A model generated the notes under the pieces. That model did no database searches. It saw only the letters and a program-made list of their open reading frames with translations, and was not told where the DNA came from. Shown here in pieces: positions 45,672-57,500 of a stretch of DNA of 64,000 nt; the stretch's first letter is position 1; every line of letters begins with the position of its first letter. The translations under genes and the position numbers were made by a program. Source of the DNA: an uncultured Planctomycetota bacterium (GTDB lineage: Bacteria > Planctomycetota > Planctomycetia > Isosphaerales > Isosphaeraceae); assembly GCA_963823665.1 (NCBI GenBank), contig CAWGMQ010000003.1, positions 32,001 through 96,000 on the forward strand, read 5' to 3'.

Positions 45672-47474
45672 TCACCTCACCCCCGCCAACCCCTTCGCAT
45701 CATCAATAACCAGATAATGCCCATGATCCGCCGAAACAATCAGCACCGATTCATCCCAGTTGCTGTGTTTCTCCACCCACCCGATCACCACCCGCACAGC
45801 TTCTTCCCCGCTAAACACCGCCCCGATCGCGTTATCCAGATTGTTCGCATGCAGCGCAAAATCTACATCTCCTGCCTCGATAAAAAGCGCGGTGCTCTGC
45901 TGCGGATTAGCCGTCATCACGGTCAGGGCTGCCTCAGTCATCTGCGCCAGTGTCGGCTGCTCGATGCGATCGGAAGCGGTGTAAACCTCAGCCGACGGAC
46001 TCTGGCCGCTGCGGCCCAGACTCAGCGCCGGGTTAAATCCTCCATCCGCCGTCTGGTACGGCAGATGATCCAGCTCATTCCGCCCGAACACGCCAAACAA
46101 GCGGCCATTCCGTTTCGCCGCACGCGATTCCGCCTTCATGAGCGATTCACCACCGTTCACCCCGGCTTCGGTATGCACGACGTCGTACTTCCCCCCGTTC
46201 TTCACGTCGACCGCCGCGAGATCCGCATCCGTGATGAACAGGCTGCCCTTCACGCCGTTCTTCCCTTGCAGCCTCAGTGATGACGAATTCGTCGTAACAC
46301 CAAATCCCGTCCCGAGCACCACGTCCAGCCCCGGCCGCACCGGCTCGTGCCGGCTCTCCTGCATGATTCCCGGCAGCCCGAGCATCGCCCGCGCCAGGTC
46401 TTGATAGTCATCCCGGTGCACGTTCTGGGCGTACATCGCCGCTGGCGACACGTGGTCAAACGGAACACTCGTCACTGTCCCGACCTTCCATCCCTTTTCC
46501 TGGAGCTCGTGAAACAGAGTTGTACAAATCCGGTTGTCATCCGTGACGTTTACTCCGTTGTTATAAGACTTCACCCCCGTGACAAACTCCGCCGCGCTCT
46601 GTGATGAATCCGTGTAGGCATGAAGCACACCCCCCACGGCCTGCACGCCCGCCAGATCAGCCGTGTTGGCCGACTGTCCTTTGAAATACCCGCGAGCCTT
46701 CTCGCCCAGCGGACCAAGCGTCCACGGATTGGGACCGCCGATTCGCGCGTCATAGCCCCCTCCCAGGCTCGTCGGCGGAATCATCACAGATTGCTTGTCG
46801 ACGTCGAACCGGTTCTGGTCGTGCGTTGGGCTCGTGACGAAGAAGCCAAACTGCGCGGTTCCCCCGGCCGTGTAATCCTGAAAGATCAGCCCGGATCCCT
46901 TCCCTTCGTCATAAACCTTGCCCGTCCGCACGATCGCCGCAGCCCGCGTGGTCTGCCAGTCCATGCCATCAAACCAAACAATGAAAAGGTGCTTGATGCC
47001 TCGCGCAATCGCATCCTTCTGCACGCGATAGAGGTCGCTTTGATCGGCATAGATAGCTTGAGGGTTCAGCGTGTGTTCGGGCAAGACACCATACAATTCC
47101 TTGATCTTCTGCGCATCGCGATAGCGGCTGTTTTCCCCGGTAACCTCGCCCAGATTGGCCTTCCTACCGAAGACATAAACGGGAATCAACCGGTTGCTGT
47201 GGCTCGTATGGTTGGAGAAGACGTCGCCGGGTCCCTGTGATCCAAAATGATAAAGCCGCGCGACCTTCTGCGCTCTTTGCTCGATGTACTCCGTCTGGAG
47301 TGTGCGCAGGCGGTCCCCATCGCTTTGTCCGAACGCACACCTCGCCGGGCCCGCAAGCACCAGAATCGCGCCAACGACGATTGCGGGCCTACCAGTGAAT
47401 CGAAGTTCCGGCAAAAATCCAACCCGCCCATTCAGGAGGGCAAGGCTCCGCCCGAGTCGATTGGTTGTTGACAT
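45672..47474 (-). CDS. Alkaline phosphatase family protein
   Basis: WFDGMD, TDSSQSA, GTVTSVPFDHVSPAA, EAGDVDFALHAN, SADHGH. Confidence 0.9.
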   Translation of the reverse strand: MSTTNRLGRSLALLNGRVGFLPELRFTGRPAIVVGAILVLAGPARCAFGQSDGDRLRTLQTEYIEQRAQKVARLYHFGSQGPGDVFSNHTSHSNRLIPVYVFGRKANLGEVTGENSRYRDAQKIKELYGVLPEHTLNPQAIYADQSDLYRVQKDAIARGIKHLFIVWFDGMDWQTTRAAAIVRTGKVYDEGKGSGLIFQDYTAGGTAQFGFFVTSPTHDQNRFDVDKQSVMIPPTSLGGGYDARIGGPNPWTLGPLGEKARGYFKGQSANTADLAGVQAVGGVLHAYTDSSQSAAEFVTGVKSYNNGVNVTDDNRICTTLFHELQEKGWKVGTVTSVPFDHVSPAAMYAQNVHRDDYQDLARAMLGLPGIMQESRHEPVRPGLDVVLGTGFGVTTNSSSLRLQGKNGVKGSLFITDADLAAVDVKNGGKYDVVHTEAGVNGGESLMKAESRAAKRNGRLFGVFGRNELDHLPYQTADGGFNPALSLGRSGQSPSAEVYTASDRIEQPTLAQMTEAALTVMTANPQQSTALFIEAGDVDFALHANNLDNAIGAVFSGEEAVRVVIGWVEKHSNWDESVLIVSADHGHYLVIDDAKGLAGVR

Positions 47475-47704
47475 CCGCTTCTCTCGCACTGTCCGGGAAT
47501 CGCTCACCGTTCGTCCTCGTCGAAAGTCAAATGATCAAAGATTCCTCAATCCTGGAAAGAATCTAAAGTATGAGCCAGCCCGTGGAAACCCGCCAGGCCC
47601 GTCAGTAGAATCCATCCTGTCTGCCTACCCCTCGAGCGCTCCGGCATTCCTCAGGCGCGCCCGAGGAGCCGCACTCCCCTGCCAACGAACGGGAAGGACA
47701 CGCC

Positions 47705-48943
47705 ATGAACACGCGCGATGCGCTCGGGTTTTCGATCATCGCCCTGTCTACCCTGGCAACGGCAACCTCGGGCCACGCCGCCGATCCGCTCAACATGAGA
47801 ACGCTGAGCGTGCGTCTGGCGAGTAAGCCCACCGGCGAAGCTGCCACCGCCCTGGCTGACGACATCCGAGCCTGGTTCGGCAAGGATCGATCCGGCAAGT
47901 TGAACGTATCAACCGGCGCAAATCCCAAGGTCGAGGGTCTCCTCGCCGCCTGGGCCATCGAGGCCCCGGACGCGAAGACCGCCGCGGTGGCCCTCGAGGG
48001 TGGTAAAACCCTTGAGCTCGCCCGGATCGGCGACACTCCTGTTTTCGCCAGGGTCGTCCCGCTCGAGAACGGCGCGGGCTTCCGCTGGTCGTACGAAGTC
48101 GACGGCAAGCGCTCCGGCCGCCGCGGCGACATCGAGGTCTACACCGACGCGCCCGAGCTCGCCGAAGTACCCGGCGTGCCCAAGGGCAAACTGCTGCCCC
48201 AAAAGCCCTGGGAGAGCAAGATCTATCCCGGCACCACGCGGCCCTGGTGGATTTACGTCCCCGCCCAGTACAAGGAAGACCAGCCGGCTTGTGTGATGGT
48301 CTTTCAAGATGGCGGTGGATACACGAGCTTCGTGCCGACGGTATTTGACAATTTGATCGCCAAGGGCGAGATGCCCGTCACGGCCGCAATCTTCATCAAC
48401 CCGGGCAGCGGCCCCGGCCAGCGCAGCATTGAGTACGACACGCTTTCGGACCGTTACGCACGGTACCTGCTCGAAGAGATCCTGCCCGAGGCCGAAAAAA
48501 CAGTGAAGCTCCGCCACGACCCGGAGAGCCGCGCCATCTCCGGCATCAGCAGTGGCGGAATCTGCGCCTGGACGGTGGCCTGGGAGCGCCCGAACGAATT
48601 CCGCAAGGTCCTCTCGTGGGTGGGCAGCTTCACAAACATCGCCAGCGGCAGCTCCGGGCGCGAGGGCGGCCACAACTACGAGGCCATGATCCGAAAGACC
48701 GCCAAGAAGCCGATCCGCGTGTTCCTTCAAGACGGCGCCAACGACCTGGACAACAACAACGGCAACTGGCCCCTGGCGAACCAGCAAATGGCCAAGGCCC
48801 TCAAGTTCGCCGGCTACGACCACCAGTTCGTCTTTGGCCAGGGCTTCCACAGCAACCGCCACGGCCGCGCCATCCTCCCCGACTCGCTCCGCTGGCTCTG
48901 GCGCGACTACAAACCGAGCGAGGATAAGAGCGAGGGCAAGTGA
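47705..48943 (+). CDS. Exported enterochelin-esterase-like alpha/beta hydrolase
   Basis: YVPAQY, MVFQDG, RSIEYD, GISSGG, LQDG, GNWPLAN. Confidence 0.9.
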   Translation: MNTRDALGFSIIALSTLATATSGHAADPLNMRTLSVRLASKPTGEAATALADDIRAWFGKDRSGKLNVSTGANPKVEGLLAAWAIEAPDAKTAAVALEGGKTLELARIGDTPVFARVVPLENGAGFRWSYEVDGKRSGRRGDIEVYTDAPELAEVPGVPKGKLLPQKPWESKIYPGTTRPWWIYVPAQYKEDQPACVMVFQDGGGYTSFVPTVFDNLIAKGEMPVTAAIFINPGSGPGQRSIEYDTLSDRYARYLLEEILPEAEKTVKLRHDPESRAISGISSGGICAWTVAWERPNEFRKVLSWVGSFTNIASGSSGREGGHNYEAMIRKTAKKPIRVFLQDGANDLDNNNGNWPLANQQMAKALKFAGYDHQFVFGQGFHSNRHGRAILPDSLRWLWRDYKPSEDKSEGK

Positions 48944-48952
48944 CGCAATACC

Positions 48953-49904
48953 TCAAAGCTCGTGCAAAATCGAATCCAGGTGCTCGCGAAGCGTCCGTTC
49001 GACCAGCGGCTTTCCACCAATCGAGTCGTCGTAAAAGATGACGCGATAACTCCGAATGTCGAAAGGCAGCTCTCGACCTCGTTGAGCCAGGAGAATCGTC
49101 GGTTTGTTGAGTGCGTGAGCGTAGCCAACTTCATAATAGACGTTTTGGTTCGGCGCCGTGATTTCCGCGATCACCACCTTCGCATCCTCGATCTTTTTCT
49201 GAATGTCCTGGAAGATGATTCCCGGCCGATTAACCTCGTCGATTCGCGTCACTTCGAATCCGAGCGACATGCGCTTTCGGCCTGATCACCGATCGGTAGA
49301 GCGTGTCATAAGGCTCACCGAACTGCATCGCGACGAACGCAGTCGGTTGCCTCCGCCAGACCTCAAAATCTCGGAACACAACTGGCGAGTCCGTCATCGT
49401 GAACAGACCGAGTTGGTTTCCCGGGAGCGGGCTCGGAAGGACGTGCTCTAGGACCGGAACGCCGTCCACAACCAAGCCAATTCGCTGGCCTTTCTGAGTC
49501 GCCTCAATCTGATAGTCCCTGTTCGTCCGGAGGTTACGTATGTCCCCCGCAGCTTTGCGCGGCACCCAACCTTGCGTCGGTAAGAATTCCCATATCGAAT
49601 ACGCTTGATCAAACGCCCCGAGACCCGCGATCAAATAGCCTTGTGTTTCCATATTGTAACCGAGCACGATTCCCGCGGAAGTGTCCTTCATCGGACCGTG
49701 CTGCGACTCTGCCCTGTCGTCCACGTGAATTTTCGTGCGAATGACGCCATCTCGGAATCGCTCGTCACAGATGGCAAACCCGCAACCTTGCTCGGTCACA
49801 CGCCCCTCATAATGGGCGATGTGCTCCGCAAAGCTCCAATTTCCCGCAAGCGCAGCCCACTGCGTAATTCGCACCCATTCGGACTCGGCCGGGCTAATCA
49901 TCAT
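48953..49904 (-). CDS. Beta-sandwich (ConA/DUF1080-like) domain fused to a nucleoside 2-deoxyribosyltransferase/TIR-like domain, ~316 aa; frame break near 49271
   Basis: AFVAMQF...GFEVTRID...VIAEITAPNQNVYYEVGYAHALNKPTILL...LPFDI; N-half has AGIVLG, LVVDG, GNQLGL. Confidence 0.78.
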
Positions 49905-50027
49905 GCTCTCATCTAAGAGTAAAGTGTGGCGCGGATTCCACTTCCCAGGTCTTTGACAGCATAGCATAGCGGAACCCGAGTGACATCCGCCGCCGAAAGA
50001 GAGGACTTGAGCCCTTCGCAACGGAAT

Positions 50028-50050
50028 GTCAGGCTAAAAGCCTGACCTAT
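50028..50050 (-). repeat. GTAG-type REP-like palindrome (same family as 63077)
   Basis: GTCAGGCTAAAAGCCTGACCTAT. Confidence 0.7.
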
Positions 50051-50067
50051 TCTGGAAGCACCTGACC

Positions 50068-53000
50068 ATGCCCGAACCCGACGCACCCGTTGATGGCCCC
50101 TTCAACGCTGACCAAGCACCCCGTCACTCGTTCCTCATCCGTCTCCGCCAAAGCCGCCCGACGATCCCCCACACCCTGGCCACCAGCGCCGCGACAATCC
50201 TCCTGATGGCCGCCGCAACGCTCACCTGGCGATTCTACGACGCATGGCGCCAGGGCCAGATCGAGCTGACCACGGTCGACGCCCCCGTGGTCGCCCAGGT
50301 CCTCGCCGAGTCAACCGACACGCCAATCGGCGAGCCCTTCGACCTGGTCACCCGCGCGGTTGTTTCACTCCCCGCTGGCGACTACCGGCTGCACGTCAGC
50401 GGTAAGGGCCGACTGAGCCGAACCTACCGCTTTGGAGTCACCCGCGGCGAGACGCAAACCCACGAGATCTCCCTCGACGAGGGACGCCTCCTCGGCGGCG
50501 AACGAAGCGTCGGCTTTGGCGGTGACGAACGAGCGCGCGACGTCCCGATTCGCTTTCCGCCGTTCATCACATCACTCGGGCTGACGAAGGGCAAATCCGA
50601 CCTGATCGAGTGGTCGGGCGATTCCGTCGTACGGCGCGACGGCGCCACAGGCGAAGTGCACTGGGACACCTTGCACCCCGCCCTGCCCTTTCGCCCAAAC
50701 CACGACCCGGCGCCGTGGATCCGAGACTATTCGGGCGAGGACGAAGGGACTCGGATTGTGGAGCTTGCTCCCGACTTGAACGGCGACGGCACGGGCGATT
50801 TACTCTGGTTTTTTCCAGGCACTTCGGCATTCCTTGCACAATCGGGCGAGAACGGCTCGATGCTCTGGAATTGTGCCGCCGGGCTCGACGAAAAGGGAGG
50901 ATTTCAAGCGACCGGTCTCGACCTGAACCGTATGGACACCGAGAGGTTGATCACCGGCCAGATCATCGGCGTACCCGCTCTGGCCGACATCGATCGCGAT
51001 GGAGCGCCCGACCTGATCGCCACGATCATTTTCGCGGAATTGGACGATGACGCGGCGCGACGACGGCAAGCGAAATCCCCGGGTGTGCTCGCTGTCCAGC
51101 CGGAGATCTTCCACTGCCGTCTGGTGATGGCAATCTCCAGCCGATCGGGCCGCGCGCTCTGGACTTACCCGCTCGACCAGGCTTTCGCTGACGTTCCACG
51201 CGAGAGCTGGGAGCGACCGTCAGTCCTTGTCCAGGGCCGGCACCGGGCGCTGGTGGCAGTCCTCGATGGCGCGCAATGGCTGGGACTGGACCTCGCAACC
51301 GGCCGCCCACAAGCAGGCCCGTTCCCACTGGGCTTTAGCCCGATCCGCCGACTTAAGCATGCCGACCTTGATGGTGACGGAGAACCCGAGATCCTGGCTT
51401 TGGACCTTAGACCGGGCGGCGGGCAGAACACGTTGCATGCCTTCTCGATCAAGACCGGTCGCGAGCTCTGGGCCGAGAAAGTCGGCGCGACCTACGACAT
51501 CGCCCGCTACGCCGGAGCGACTCCGGATTTTCCCATGACGGCTGATCTCGACGACGATGGCCGTGCCGAGATCGTCGTCGCCGACTCCGGACTCATGCCA
51601 CCGCTCGCCGGCTACCGGGGCGTGAAGCTGCTTGAGGGCCGGACCGGCAAGCCACGGTGGCGACATCCCATGCGCCCGGATACGGTCGCCAACGACGGGC
51701 CGATCGAGGCGATCGCCGCGCCGGACCTCGACGGAGACGGCACACGCGACCTGATCACCATCTCGCTGTACTGCGGCAAGAATCTGCCCACGGCCCCACG
51801 AGCCCTTCCCCAAGAACCGGCGCTCGCCTACGTCGACGCAATCTCGGGAAAAGACGGCCGCCCGCTCTGGCTCTGGCACATCGAGCTGCCCGTGCGAAAG
51901 TTCACCCGGATCTGGCCGCTGCACTGGTGGGGCCGTGGCCACGACGGTTGGCCGCTCCTCGCCGTGCCGCTTGGCGGCTCACGCCCGGACGGCGCTGAAC
52001 GAAACTATGGACGCTCAGTGCTCAGTCCCCCGGTTGTCCATCTGCTCGAGGCTTCCACCGGCATCGAGCGCCACACCGTTGACGGGCTCAGCAGGCCCCG
52101 CTTTGCCGACCTCGACGGTGACGGCCTGGCCGACCTCTGGGGTGAGGTCGACGGCGAGCTGCGAGCCTTCCGTGGCGAAGCGCCGGAAGCCTGGCGAGCC
52201 CTGGGCCGGTTCGATCCGGCAAATTCGTCGAACGGCGAAGACGATTACATCCGCGGCCCCTCGGTCGATTTCGACGGCGACGGCGTCGCCGACACGATGA
52301 TTCGCACCGCGCGGGGCTCCAACGACTGGCCGCAATTTCCGGCATTCAGCCGCACTGCGCAGGTTCGCTCGGGACGCGACGGCCATGTGATCTGGACGAC
52401 CACGCTCGACCCGGCCGAAAGCTGGCTCGGACCCGGCCGCACTGACCGGTACTACTTCACGGCATTCTCGCCGCCCGAGGGAGACCTGGATGGCGACGGC
52501 ACGCCCGATGTCTTCGTGCTGCGACCCGTCCCGCCTTCGCGGCCAGCGGTGTTTAAGCAGAACGCAACGCTGCCCGTCCAGGTCCTCTCAGGGCGCACCG
52601 GAGACTCTCTTGTGGCGGGCCGGCCCGCTTCCCCTCGGCTTCGACGCGCGAGGTTACTCGCAGGTCCACTCGCTCAAAGCCGCCGCAGTCGAGCCCGGCG
52701 CCGCGCCCGATCTGTTCGTGCGCCACGGCAACCCGTTCGTGAAGCCCGGCTCAGCTCCGCCGGTGCCCAAGACCCGTGCCTCATCGGGCCTGCCCAGTCT
52801 GGCGCGGATTTCAGGACGCGACGGCCGCGTCCTCTGGAACATTCCTTTGGCAGAAGGTGTGCCTCCAGGCGTCAATCACGACGTTCCCTCGAACGAATTC
52901 GCAGATTTAAACGGTGACGGCGGGCTCGACACACTGATGGTCGTGCCGCCGGTTCCCGGCGCCGGCGGGCCCGACTACACGATGGTCGCCGTCTCCCTTC

Positions 53001-54374
53001 GCGAGGGCAAACGGCTGTGGTCGCAGCCGCTTCACTTCGAGCCCAATTCAGCCGGCGAATTGCGAATCGCCGACCTCGACGGAGACGCCCGCCCGGAAAT
53101 CGTTGTCATGGAACCATTCCCAAAGTCGAGCCCGAACGAGCTGCAAATCCGTGCGTGGAGCGGCCGCGATGGCAAGCCTCGCTGGGTCTGGCACACCGCC
53201 GCCGACGTGCAGACCAATCGACCGCGCTTCGTTCTGGCGGAGCTCGATGGCAACGGCAAGACGAATGTCTTCGTGAGTTTCAAAGACTCCGCAAATGTGC
53301 ACCGGTTCGTGGTTCTTGACGCCGCAGGCAAGGAGCGTGCACGACGCGAGATGACCGGAGATTACTTCAATGTCCTGGCTGCTGCTGATCTCCGCGGCAA
53401 CGGCCGCGACGAGCTGTTGGTGTGGTCAGCCGATCGGCTCCGCGCCTGGAGCACCGCCCTGCACGAATCCTGGTCCTGCGCCCGATCTGCTCGCGAGCGT
53501 CGATCAGGTGCTTCCCGGCTCGCCCGGCCAGCCCGCGTCATTGGTCGTCACGCCGGGACTCATCCTCGACGGTACGACCGGCCACCCGCTTTGGTCGGGC
53601 CAGGGTCCTCTGACCTACACGCCGGGCCAGTCGGAGCCGGCACTCCTCGACCCAGGAAATTCCGCGCAGCCTCCGCTCTGGATCAGTCAAGCACTAGGCG
53701 CGACCGTCTGTCGCGTGGCCTTGCCCGTGACGGCCCGAGGAGAAATCGGACCGCCCCGCGGCATGCTTGTCCAACCCGGCCGCATCCCGATTGACCCGCG
53801 CTGGACGCGGCCGCTTCCCTGGCTGGCCAGGCTCAAGGGCCCTTTCGGCCCATGGGGCTTCCTCGCCGCGGCTGGCCTTGCCTTTGTCAACGTGTTCGTC
53901 CCGCTTTCGCTTCTCCGCCTCGTCGCCGGCCGGCGTCGTTTCAGCATCCGCGCCCTCATGGCCCTGCCCATCGCCACCGCGGTTCCGCTGATGGCATTTC
54001 TGTTGCTCGAGCCCGTTCTTCCAGTGGACTCGCTGCCCTTGATCGCATCCGAGAAACAGATCTTCACCGCCGGCACCCTGGCAGGTCTTCCGATCGTCTT
54101 TTGCCTGGTATCGATGGCCAAAAGCGTGGCGCACCTGCGCTGGAAACCCGCCGCGGCGTTGATCCTCCTGACCGCGTTGATTTCACTCTCGATCGCCGCC
54201 GTTTGGCTCTGGTCTGACAAGCGGTCAATGTCATCCATGGAGCGTTACGACCCCTCCGGCTGGTACCTCGTTCTCCTCCCCGGTATCACCGCCTCCGGAT
54301 TGCTGATGTTGATCGCCGTGACGCTGAGGGCAACGTCGACGTTGATCGCGCGCAAGAGACGCAGATCCCCGTAG
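50068..54374 (+). CDS. Membrane-anchored FG-GAP/PQQ-like repeat protein with C-terminal multi-TM domain and no kinase, ~1430 aa; frame breaks near 52605 and 53490
   Basis: Many DLDGDG motifs and SGRDG..LW units; joins ORFs 50068..52917, 52490..53794 and 53370..54374. Confidence 0.85.
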
Positions 54375-54515
54375 GGCCCGCCCTTGCGGACCGTCCCTTG
54401 TCCACAATCCCCCCGCACCCGCGTGACATTCGCCACCGTTCCGGCCCTAATATCACGGAAAGCTTGAGGAATCCCGCTCAGGTCCCAATCAAGCCACTGA
54501 AGGAATCAACCAATA

Positions 54516-57500
54516 ATGACCGAGCCCGGTGACACGCTGGCCCAGCCCGGTCCCAAAAATCCCCACGAGCAGGAGACGGTCCCTCCATCCGAATCGGCCG
54601 CCAACCTCGCCGCGATCCTCGACCAGTACATGGCCGACTTGAGCGCCGGCAACGCGCCCGAACGGAACCAACTGCTCGAGGCCCATCCAGCCCTCGCTCC
54701 GCAGCTCGAAGCTTGCCTTGCGGGCATCGAGTTCATCAACCGAGCAACCGGGGCGGGCACGGCGAGCGCCGAGCCGCCTGTCCTCGGCGACTTCCGCCTC
54801 ATCCGAGAAATCGGCCGCGGCGGCATGGGCGTCGTCTACGAGGCCGAGCAAACCTCGCTGCACCGTCGCGTGGCCCTCAAGGTCCTTCGCTTTGGCGTCT
54901 CCGACGAAGAGGCCATGAAGCGATTTCGCCGCGAGGCCGAAACGGTCGCCCGGCTGCACCACACCAACATCGTGCCGATTTTCGCCGTCGGCTGCGAGCA
55001 CGGCGTCCATTATTACGCCATGCAGTTGATTGAAGGCCAGAGTCTGGCGGACCTCCACGACGAGGCCCGGCGCTCGGCCAAACCGCTACCGCAGGAGGAC
55101 GTCACTCGCTGGTGCCTCCAGGCCGCAGAGGCCCTGGCGCATGCCCACCACCGCGGCGTCATCCACCGCGACATCAAGCCCTCGAACCTGCTGATCGACG
55201 TTGACGGGGTTGTCTGGCTGACTGACTTTGGGCTGGCCAAGCACGCCGACGAGGTGACGCTCACCGCCAGCGGCGCCCTGATGGGTACGCCTCGGTACAT
55301 GAGCCCCGAGCAGGCTGAATCGGTCCGGCGCACGATCGACCATCGTACCGACATCTATAGCCTGGGCGCATCACTCTACGAGCTCGCCACCGGCCGGCCC
55401 GTGTTCGAATCAACTTCAGCGCATCACGTGATCATGCAGATCCTGACCGAGGAGCCCGCTCGCCCGCGCCAGTTGTGCCCGAGCCTGCCGCGCGACCTCG
55501 AGACGATCATCCTCACCTGTCTGCACAAGGACCCGGCCCATCGTTACCAGTCGGCCCAGGCACTCGCCGATGACTTGCGAGCCGCGGTCGAAAACCGCCC
55601 CATCTGGGCCCGGCGCGTTCCCCTCTTCGAGCGTGTGGTGCGACATGTCCGCAAGCGCCGGAAATCCATCCAGAACACCGCGATCGCCACGGCGGCAACA
55701 CTGCTCGTTGTGCTCACCGCCTTCGTGAGCTGGCGCTATTACTCCGAGTGGCGGCTTGGCCGGATCGTGCTCTCGACCGACGGCCCGCCCCTGTCCGCCC
55801 AGATGCTTTCCGAGCAGGGTGACGCGCCTGTCGGCGAGCCGTTCGACGTAGGCACGCAAACCGTCGTGAGCCTGCCGGCTGGAGACTATCGCGTTCGTCT
55901 GGGCCATGCCGGACGCATGACCCAGACGTACCGCATGGGCATCCATCGCGGCGAGACCCAAATGCGCTCGGTTTCCCTGGGCGAAAACCGACTGCTCGGA
56001 ACCGAGCCGATCCCCTTCTCATTCAACACGCAATCCCTCGTCTTGTCGCCGGGCAAGGCTGACTTCGTCGAATGGGACGGCCAGAGAATCCTTCGCCGCG
56101 ATGGATTAACCGGCAAGCCCGTCTGGGATACGTCGCACCCTTCCAAGCCCTGGGAACAAAAACGCGACCCGGCCGCATGGCTCCGCCGGCTGGCTCGGTA
56201 CGGTGAAGACAAACCCCCCGGAAAACTGCTTCAGCCTGCGGCCGACTTGAACGGTGACGGTACCGCTGACCTGCTCTGGGCGATCTACGGCACGCCCGCG
56301 CTGCTGGCGCTCTCCGGCAGGGACGGCTCTCTGCTCTGGACATTCACAACCAATCCCGACGGACCCGCTTCGTCTGGACCGGACGATCCGGTCCCGGTTC
56401 TCGGCCATGTCCTGGGCGAGCCGGCAGCAGCCGATGTCGACGGCGACGGCACTGCCGATGTGGTCACAATGTTCGCCATCGCCCACGATTCCAAAGGGTT
56501 GCTCGCGCAGCTTTCCGGTCCCAACCGGATTGAACGCTCTTTCTTTTGTCATCTCCAACGGACGTCGCATCCTGACCGCTGTCTCAGGCCGCACCGGGAA
56601 GTCGCTTTGGAACCTTTCGCTCGACCAAAAGCCGATCAACCTGGTGAATGCGAGCACCGTCGACCATGGTGCCACAATCATCCGTGACCGGTCCGGTCCG
56701 CTCGTCGCCGTCGAGAGCGGCTCACAATGGATCGCGCTCGATGCCGCGACCGGAAAACCGCGCGGCCGGCCGATTGACCTCGGCTTCGACCAGTTGCGTC
56801 TGGTGGGCTTCGAACCGGCGCGGCCGATGCAATACGCTGAGCTCGACGGCGACGGGACACCCGAGTTGCTCGTCCTCGGGCTTGTGGAACAAGCCCGCAC
56901 GGTCGAGCTAACGCTCGTTGCCTTCTCGATCGCGACCGGAGAAAAGCTCTGGTCGGAACCGGTCCAGAACGGATACAGCGGCCAGGGCCCGAGCTTGCCC
57001 GCCGAATGGCCCGCCGTGGCCGACTCCGATGGCGACGGCCGGGCCGAGGTCATCGTCCCCTTCTGGGGCCCAAACTGGCTCGACGCAGACCAGGGCGGCG
57101 TCAAAATGCTCGACGGCGCTACCGGTCGAACCCGATGGGCTCGAGTATTGTGGGCTTCCGCCAAGCCACCCACTGCCGTTTTCCACATCATCACCGGCCC
57201 CGACCTTGACCATGACGGCACCCGCGACTTCATCGTCGTCTCCCGATTCGAGGGCCGAGTTCCCTTGATGCGCGGTAGCGACGGAAATCGGCTCGAGCCG
57301 AGACAGGTCTTTCTCGACGCACTCTCCGGCAAGGACGGCCGGAAGCTCTGGTCCTGGCACCTGGACTTGGGCGAAAACGCGTCGCCCGTGCTGGGACGGC
57401 CCTTCTGGTGGTCGCGCGGACCTGACGGCTGGCCGTTCCTGGCCTTCCCGACCGGAGGCAATATCAAACCCGCGATATCCCAGGTGATGTTCCCCGTCGA

